A stretch of DNA of 59,703 nt, the filler included, from Platydemus manokwari (lineage: Eukaryota), in NCBI GenBank assembly GCA_037951405.1. It is 5 parts of 5 records of this genome, joined end to end, with 100 filler letters (N's around TTAATTAATTAA, not from the genome) between each part and the next. Parts side by side here need not be neighbours in the genome. Positions count along the whole stretch, not along the records: positions 50,579 to 59,703 come from JBBMOY011295650.1; 4 more parts are not named here. One strand, written 5' to 3'. Position 1 is the stretch's first letter, and each line of letters begins with the position of its first letter. The position numbers and the translations under genes are program-made. Below are positions 52,270 through 59,703 of the stretch, in pieces. A model generated the notes under the pieces. The model saw only the letters and a list, made by a program, of their open reading frames with translations. It did no database searches and was not told the DNA's origin.

Positions 52270-52574
52270 AAAAATAATTAAACCCTTTTAAACTATTAAC
52301 TATAAATTATAAATTTGGGCGAAATTTAATTAATAAAAATGTGGGTAAAAATCAGAATTTCAAATTGTGAGCGAAAAAAACAAATTATTAATGTGGACGA
52401 ATTTGTAAAATAATTTTAAAATTCAATGGGAAAAAAGAAAATAATAAACAAATTTTATTACTCAGAATATGTCCTAGAAAATACAATATAAGGAACGGAA
52501 AAATCACAAAATTCGTTCACACAAAATTTCATTAATAGCGACTTTAACATCGATAAAAAAAGAAAGCTCTTGGA

Positions 52575-53053
52575 AGGAGTAAAATAACAAGACAAAAATA
52601 TTTCTTTTGAATATCAATAAAAGGAGTAAATAAAAAAGGTGCGAATTATTAAATAGGAAAAATAGTTTAAGGATTCACCTTATTATAAAATATACACATA
52701 TTTAAACTCTTATATCAACACAACGGCAATTCGTTATCTGATCCTTTCTTTGTTGATCACTTTTTATTAAACTGCGTGTTTGTATAAATTTGATATACTG
52801 TTTGATTGCATAAATAAGTTTAATTGAAAAATAAAGATTAAAAGGGTTTATAATATTTGCTATTGTACAAAAATTAGATATATCTGTATACTATAATAAA
52901 AAGAATAAATTTTATTGTTACATTCTTCGTGTTGATTTATCATAATTATGTTAATTTATATTTTCAATATCATTAATAAGGCCATACACCTACCGGATCG
53001 ACATTGCTCTTCAACCGGTAGTATCGAACTCACACACACACTCGCATATATAT
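52575..53053 (+). repeat. Repeat family C copy 1 (~480 bp, ends in a hairpin plus (CA)n/(TA)n)
   Basis: Reverse complement of ~58781-59290; shared blocks such as TTTTTATTAAACTGCGTGTTTGT and ATAATATTTGCTATTGTACAAAAA. Confidence 0.85.
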
Positions 53054-54831
53054 AATTTTATATTAAGATCTAATAACCCCAATAATTTTAGAGTAGAATT
53101 TCATCATTTTTGTGCATTAATGAGAAATTATCTTCAAGAAAAAATATAAACATTAAATAAAATTTAACAATAAATTCCCAATAAAGAAATTAATTCTCAA
53201 GAACAAATGATTGATAGGCATTTTAAAAAAGTTGGTTGATTCTAAGTCACATTAAAGCCTTGAAAGCAGAAAAAATCAGCGCTGATTAAAATGATATGTA
53301 TAGGAGTTTCTACGTGATTATCCTGCTAATGACTCACTCAGTAATCTCATATTTTAACACTTGCAGTGCCGGTGACCACTAGTTATTAAATATTCAGCAA
53401 CCAGTTATTTTCCAGTTGTTCGCCAATTGAATAAGTTTTTTTTGCCACAACACCTTTGAGTGACATTGCTGTATTTTTATTTATAATAAAATCTTATCTA
53501 TAAACGCATATTTCCTATATACATTTGAAATCTTTTTGACGTGATATAGTTCCAATACTACCATTGACGTATGTTAACGAAAACTTATTTCCAAAGTTTG
53601 AATCCCATCTTGCAAGCTAGTAAACACGTGTATTATTTGCACATTTTAATGTCGTATAAGTATAATATATTTCGCTTTCATATTGTTTTGGTTTTCTATG
53701 CATAAGAATGCATAATCAAAATTTTATCAAACAAAACAATATCATTTGAATTATCATTCATCCTCATAATTAGTCATATTATTGATAACCATTCACTGTT
53801 ATTTCATCATTTTTTTTAATTGTAATCTAAGTTTGTCAATATTAATAAGCCAACTTTTAACGACATCAAATCTAAACATAATAATTAGATCGAATAACAA
53901 CAGTACAAATATGAACTCATTGAAATTCATAGAATATAACTTTAGTAATTGTTATTAACGTCGACCGTGTGGTTTTAATAACATCACGCATTGCGAGATG
54001 AAAGATCGAAGTATTAGGTATATTAAACCTGAAATTGAATTCGATGCTGAACTGACATCAATAAGTTCAATAATATATTCAACAACTAAATAACATATCT
54101 ATAATCATATATAATAAAAAGAAATTAATAATTCCCAAACGTGAGATATTAATCTCTACTCGTTGATTATAGAATAAATAATTTCGAGATCGAATTATAA
54201 AGATATATTGAATCACCTTCAATTTTCAATCATTCGATAGGATTATAGTTGAACATGAAGACCAATCACCATATTAGTTGCAATTGACTGTTTAGAATCG
54301 TGATATCAAACCGATACATTTAATATCGCAACCCATATAAAATCATTTGTGCCGTGATTTGTTTGAATTTTCTGATTGGTGATTTAAAATCTAATTGGTA
54401 TGTGAAATTTTATTTGTTATAATTATTTTCTAAATTTACCCATTTTCAACCGCATTAAAGATAATTTTCAAAGCTTAGTAATATAGTGAATTTTATTAAA
54501 TAAATTATTAGTTATTTTAGGATGGTGATTTAATGTTGTTGAAAATTATTTTATTGATTTAAATAATTACTGGTCACGAATATTTATCGATTATTGAGAT
54601 TTTCGGAATTATGCGCATATCTCAATGAACATATTATGAGAATATATTATTATTATTATTATCTCTATTATTATATTATTATTTTGTTCTTTATTATTAA
54701 ATGAATTTGTAAAAATGTAAAAATCTTACTGATATGAAAATGTCAAAAATAAATGAATACACGCATTAAAATGAAATTAAAGAAAAACAAAAATAAATGT
54801 ATTGCGCAATCGATTATTTTTAATGCAATAC

Positions 54832-56208
54832 TTACGATTGAGATTCTTTTTCATAATTTATGGTCACCTAAACAAATATTCAACAATCAATCATGACCAA
54901 CAATCAATCATTACGTCATCCAAATCGTCCATCAGTTGAGTCAATCTTTCAATTTTTTCTTCGAGCTGAACACGTTTATTAAAAATATTTAACATTTCAC
55001 ATTCCAATTCTGATTTCCGTGATAAAAGGAAATCATGTACACTTCGGAATATACTTGCATCGCCATAAATGTCGTCTGTTGATAGCTTACACGGTGTACT
55101 TAAAAATAGACTGAAAAAAAGTACAAATTAAATTAAGAAAACTGTAACTATATCATTAAAAAATGTTAGTAATATTAACAATAGATGTGATTGGTCAATT
55201 CGATTTGATTCTATTTTTATCAACCAATGAAATCAAACAGTTTGATAAAGATAAAATTTCATTGCTAATTTCAAAATCTTAAAACCCGATTATAAAATGT
55301 CTTTTGAAATCACCTAAATATGATTCCAATTATACAATTCATAACAAAAAATAATGAATCGATTCATAAATGAAAATTAATATAAAGCCTACTGTTCTGG
55401 TTTTATACCATTTTTTATCGTTTCTTCATATATTTTTAAATTTTCCGGTAAATTCTTTTTCAAAATATGTTCTTTGAATTTTTGCTAAAATATTCCAAAA
55501 TGTAAAACAATTAATGAGTTTTTAAACAGATAAAAATAATCACAATTATTTGACTTTTGAACAAAAGTTTGTGTTCGCTCCAAATATTGTCGAATAATTC
55601 TGAATCGATTTGAAAATATTTCTTTATTTTTGAAATCGCTTTCCTGGCAAGACAGAATTATTTAATATATATGATAATATTTATTACTCGTGCAAATTAA
55701 TTATTTTATTTATTGAACTCGAGAATAGCTTTTCCCATTCATCATTGAGAGAAAGATCTGAAAGAAAAATTTTGAATTTAAATATTACACTAGTATTACT
55801 TTTCATAAGCATCATCTACCTGCAGAATGATCCCAAATAGACACATCTGATATCAAAGATTTTTCAGTTTCATAATTCGATGTATGATCGGAATTATTTT
55901 CAACTAAAACGCAATCATTTAGATTTATTATTCAAAAAATTAACCAAGTATTTTATTATCGTTTTACAAATAATTAATTTATAATCATCAGAGAATGTAA
56001 ATACAAACATGTGCAATTACTTTTTATTGACTTCACTGTTTCTTCAAATATAGTTGGTTGGTTTAAATTACTAATAGTACGTTCATCTGTCACTTAGATT
56101 AATTAATGATGATAATCAAACTTGAAAATTATTAATACATTTGGCTTTATCTGAAGAACCTAAATCTGACAGTGAGTTCATTGATTCCAAATCTTTAGGA
56201 TTTAACAT
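54832..56208 (-). CDS. PMF1/Nnf1-like (MIS12 complex) coiled-coil protein, 8 exons, ~239 aa
   Basis: Exons 56208-56139, 56092-56021, 55903-55820, 55757-55688, 55643-55544, 55484-55393, 55110-54915, 54867-54832. All introns are GT-AG and phase-consistent. FQIDSELFDNIW...SQIIQKFKEHILKKNLPENLKIYEETIKNG aligns without gaps by eye to PMF1 YQLQPAMTQQIY...TSIREEISDIKEEGNLEAVLNALDKIVEEG, followed by a coiled coil. An alternative last exon at 53871-53799 is possible via the GTAAGT donor at 54835. Confidence 0.7.
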
Positions 56209-57289
56209 TAAAAATTGATAAAATAAAATTTTAAAAGTAGAGTAAACAGAGTTTTTAAACAAAGACAAATATTTTAATATAATAATTATTTAATAACTTA
56301 ACTATATTAACATCTCTTTGTTGATATTATTTAACTAAAGTTTTTTAATAGCAACGGAATTCTTTTTAGAAAGAGTATAAAAATTACTTAGATTGTGCTT
56401 GAAGAGAGTACTGCTTTAACAAAATTTTAATTTGTGAATAGATTATCTTGATATTATTTAAAATGAAATAATTATGTTTATTTTACGAGATTGAATCAAA
56501 ATTTTAATTAACAAAGCTTTAAATAAAATTAAAAAACTTAAGACAAAATTTAAATCACGTAAATCATTTTCCGAATTCGAAAGAATTTATTATTGAAGGA
56601 GTAAAATGACACTTATTAGTCAATACGCTTTTTATATTAAACATATACTGTAGGGTTATCATTCAGCTCACATTAATAATATGTATCACCAATCCTAAAA
56701 ATTATTTCTGAGAATTTTAAAAATTTAATCCGCGTCACCATAGTGATTCAATATATTACTAAACCCAGCCCAAAATTGAAAAAATGCACAAAATTGGATA
56801 AGAAATTTCAGCATAAAATTTTAGTGACAAATTTCATCGTCCATGCTCAATACGCGAAAAGTTCTTCAACTTTGGTCAATTATTGGGACGATCTTCACCA
56901 ACACAGAAATTTGTTCAATCATCTTCATCAACAATTTGAATAATCTACACCCATCAAACCTTAAGATACCATCACCCAATCGCCGAAAATACATTGGAAT
57001 TCACTATTTTTATTAAGCCAATTCGAACCATATTTCATCTCATTCAGCCCTCTGATATTATGACACCAGTGGTACATTTTATAAATTGTAAATCGATCAT
57101 CACCCTACAAAGCAACGCAGCTTATTATTCTGATTGGGATCGGATCATTGGCGGAATCGCCATTTTTATGATTTTAATAATATCTAATTTAAATTACAGA
57201 TGATTAAACGAGTTTAAACTAGTTGAATTATCTTCAATACGTCACACTAAATACTGCTTAGCAACTGGGTAGTATGATTCAATAAATTT

Positions 57290-57307
57290 TGGTGAGCCCG
57301 ACGTGAT
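57290..57307 (+). promoter_or_regulatory. Primer-binding site complementary to tRNA-Trp
   Basis: TGGTGAGCCCGACGTGAT matches the animal tRNA-Trp PBS TGGTGACCCCGACGTGAT at 17/18 and lies upstream of the gag remnant. Confidence 0.75.
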
Positions 57308-57542
57308 TCAGATAATTTGAGTTATAACATAGGGTTTCCTGAAGCTATCATTAATTAGGTTAATGCAAGGCTTTACTTCAATAGACTTGTCTGAGGGCAA
57401 TAATATAACTATCACTCTGACTACTGTCGGCTCACTTTCAAGTGACAGTAGTGTTTCTGAATTCGAAAAAAATCTCACTAAAAAATATTCGTATTTATAT
57501 ACTGGAAAAAATCAATACCACAGGAAAAAGAAATTATCCAGA

Positions 57543-58340
57543 ATGAGTGACTACCAAAAGTAACTAGTAACATTAATAAATCTAAAGATAATCCTCAAAA
57601 ATCCGATGGAGAACATCACTTCAAGGATAGTGTCATAGTCTCCATCCTGATTAAACCTTATAATGGGAAACCAGATCTCTTCCATTAATTCATGGCTGAT
57701 TACTCGCAGCTATCAGATAATATTATAATATTATTATAATATAATATTATAAAACGTCTACCAATATACTTATTGAGCATGAACCACGAAAAATATAATG
57801 CTGTCATGGCAGTATTAAAGTATTCAGCCATTTGTACCGATTTCAGGCAGGCATTTGCAAAACAAATCTTATCAGCGGATACAGGACACTTGTTCCGACA
57901 ACGTTTTAATTGAAGAAAACAAAATTCAGATATGCATGTCGGAGAATTTGCTAATCAATTACTCCTCCTCACAGAAAAGGCATGTGGTGAACGATCGCGA
58001 TGGCCCATTGATACAAAACTAAATGTAAAAAATCATCTCTGGGAGGGATTCCTTCCCCAAATCAGAGCTGCTCTCAGCTTGGAGTGAATGACGACTTCGA
58101 TGATGTCGCCATAGGCAATCATAGGCAATCCGACTCAAAGAAAAGACCCCTCAACAATAAAATGTGCCAAATTTGCCACCAGCAGAACCACGGAACGCGA
58201 GATTGCAGAGCGACAACAAACGTAAGCGGAGAACAAATGAAGGGCCAAAAATTGGGTTTAGACAACAGGTGAATGCACCAGAACAGGTCTAAAATGCAAC
58301 AATTGTGGTAAAACTGGACATAACTCGTCAAAAGAAGACG
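57543..58340 (+). mobile_element. Ty3/gypsy gag remnant with CCHC zinc knuckles
   Basis: IKPYNGKP...FRQRFN*RKQ...VGEFANQL...WEGFLPQIR, then CQICHQQNHGTRDC and KCNNCGKTGH. Stops and frameshifts. Confidence 0.8.
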
Positions 58341-58780
58341 AAGTCAATCATCAAGGGTAAATTAAATGTTATGGATGCCCACAAAATGAAGCTCATAATC
58401 CTGCTCAAGTGATGGTAGCATACAAAAATTAACATCAGCCGAATCTAACTCGATTGCAACAACTCAAATATGAATATTTAGAAGAACTCAAAACAAATTT
58501 TGCAGAAAACTCTGAATCTGTAAAGGTAAGGCTATCAGCACAAGCTGAAACCAAAGGAAACACATAAATACACATGACCTCATAGTGCACAAAAAGAAGA
58601 ATAAGAAAGAAAAACAAAAAGAAAAAGAAACTCATTTTTGAACTGCCGCCTCACCGATCAGTATTCCTTTTAAGGTATACCAACAGTATGACCACTACCA
58701 ATTGGCATCATTCGATTTCGCAGTGGATAATGATATAACTGCAGAATTATCAAGGGAAGACCATGAAGCAGTACAAGACA

Positions 58781-59290
58781 TATATATGTGTGTGTATGTG
58801 TTCGGCACTAGCGGATGAAGCGCAATGTAAATCCGGTAGGTACATGCTCTTATAATGATATTGAAAAATATAAATTAACACAATTATGATAAATCAACAA
58901 GAAGAATGTAACAATAAAATTTCTTGATTTTTATTATAATATACAATTTATTTATATACAATAATATACAATATTATAATATATCTATTTTTTGTACAAT
59001 AGCAAATATTATAAACCCCCTTTAATCTTGATTTTTCAATCAAACCTATTTACGCAATCAAACAGTATATCAAATTTACACAAACACGCAGTTTAATAAA
59101 AAGTGTTCAATGAAGGAAGGATCGGATAACGAATTTCCGTTGTGTTGATACAAGAGTTTGCATATGTTTATATTTTACAACATGGGTGAACCCTTCAAAT
59201 ATTTTCCTTCTTTATTAATTCGCACCCTTTTTATTTATTCCGTTTATCGTTTTCAACAGATATATATTTTTGTTGGGTAAACTCCCTGAC
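58781..59290 (-). repeat. Repeat family C copy 2 (inverted)
   Basis: Reverse complement aligns with 52575-53053. Confidence 0.85.
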
Positions 59291-59628
59291 ATATAGCGAT
59301 CAAACATTTTTGCACATACACATTGGATTAAATATTTGTATATACATATTTTAGCACCATACACATTAAAACAAACATATATTATAGCATATAACCCTAC
59401 CAAAACCTTGATTATGGACTGACAAAAAAAGAAGCACGCGCGAGGAGGACAAATATCCAGCAGAGTACAATGCAGCTTCATTAATAACCCCAGCTGTGAC
59501 ATAAACAGTTATTCGAAGTTTTTGATATAAGCAATAAACAATTAGTGTGATTTTTGCTATTGTGAATCGATTTTATTATTTTGTTAAAAGGGTCGTTGTG
59601 TATTCGTTTTTATTATAAATGAAATGAA

Positions 59629-59703
59629 TACAGGGTGGCCGATAAGTACGTGTAATAATTAAAAAAAGTATGCTTAAAGTTAATCTTCGATTTTAAATTG
59701 ATA
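59629..59703 (+). mobile_element. Possible Tc1-type left end
   Basis: TA-CAGGGTGGCCGATAAG resembles a Tc1-family TIR start. The window ends before any partner. Confidence 0.35.

Noticed and set aside
53386-53616. Two apparently spliceable minus-strand exons (LARWDSNFGNKF...)
   Set aside because: No upstream exons or start could be linked and no family was recognised. It lies next to a piggyBac-like end (TTAACACTTGCAGTGCC at ~53354).
54296-54340. NRDIKP, resembling a kinase catalytic loop
   Set aside because: Followed by a stop, lacks the loop Asn and DYG/DFG motifs, and is in the wrong position for the LRRK2 kinase.

Overview
Very AT-rich eukaryotic (animal-like) draft scaffold. It contains four artificial 100-nt gap linkers (44N-TTAATTAATTAA-44N) and one 10-N gap. 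Host genes are split by tiny GT-AG introns (mostly 36-62 nt), so the ORF track largely misses them. Four spliced genes were reconstructed by hand. (1) A compact KAT7/HBO1 MYST acetyltransferase (+, 16865-18417, ~420 aa). (2) A convergent HCFC1R1(HPIP)/CCDC117-like gene (-, 18414-19036, 149 aa) whose stop codon overlaps the KAT7 stop in one TTAA. (3) A partial LRRK2-type ROCO gene (+, ~41411-50318; LRR-Roc-COR) with unusual Roc motif substitutions and one frame-disrupted LRR segment. (4) A PMF1/Nnf1-like kinetochore gene (-, 54832-56208, ~239 aa). The rest is mostly decayed transposable elements: Ty3/gypsy gag/pol remnants (one with a tRNA-Trp PBS), mariner and Maverick-type fragments, piggyBac, hAT and Ginger-like MITEs, and three dispersed repeat families, two with conserved hairpin structure. 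The AT content and micro-introns suggest a reduced invertebrate genome such as an orthonectid (inference only). No CRISPR arrays or rRNA/tRNA genes were seen.
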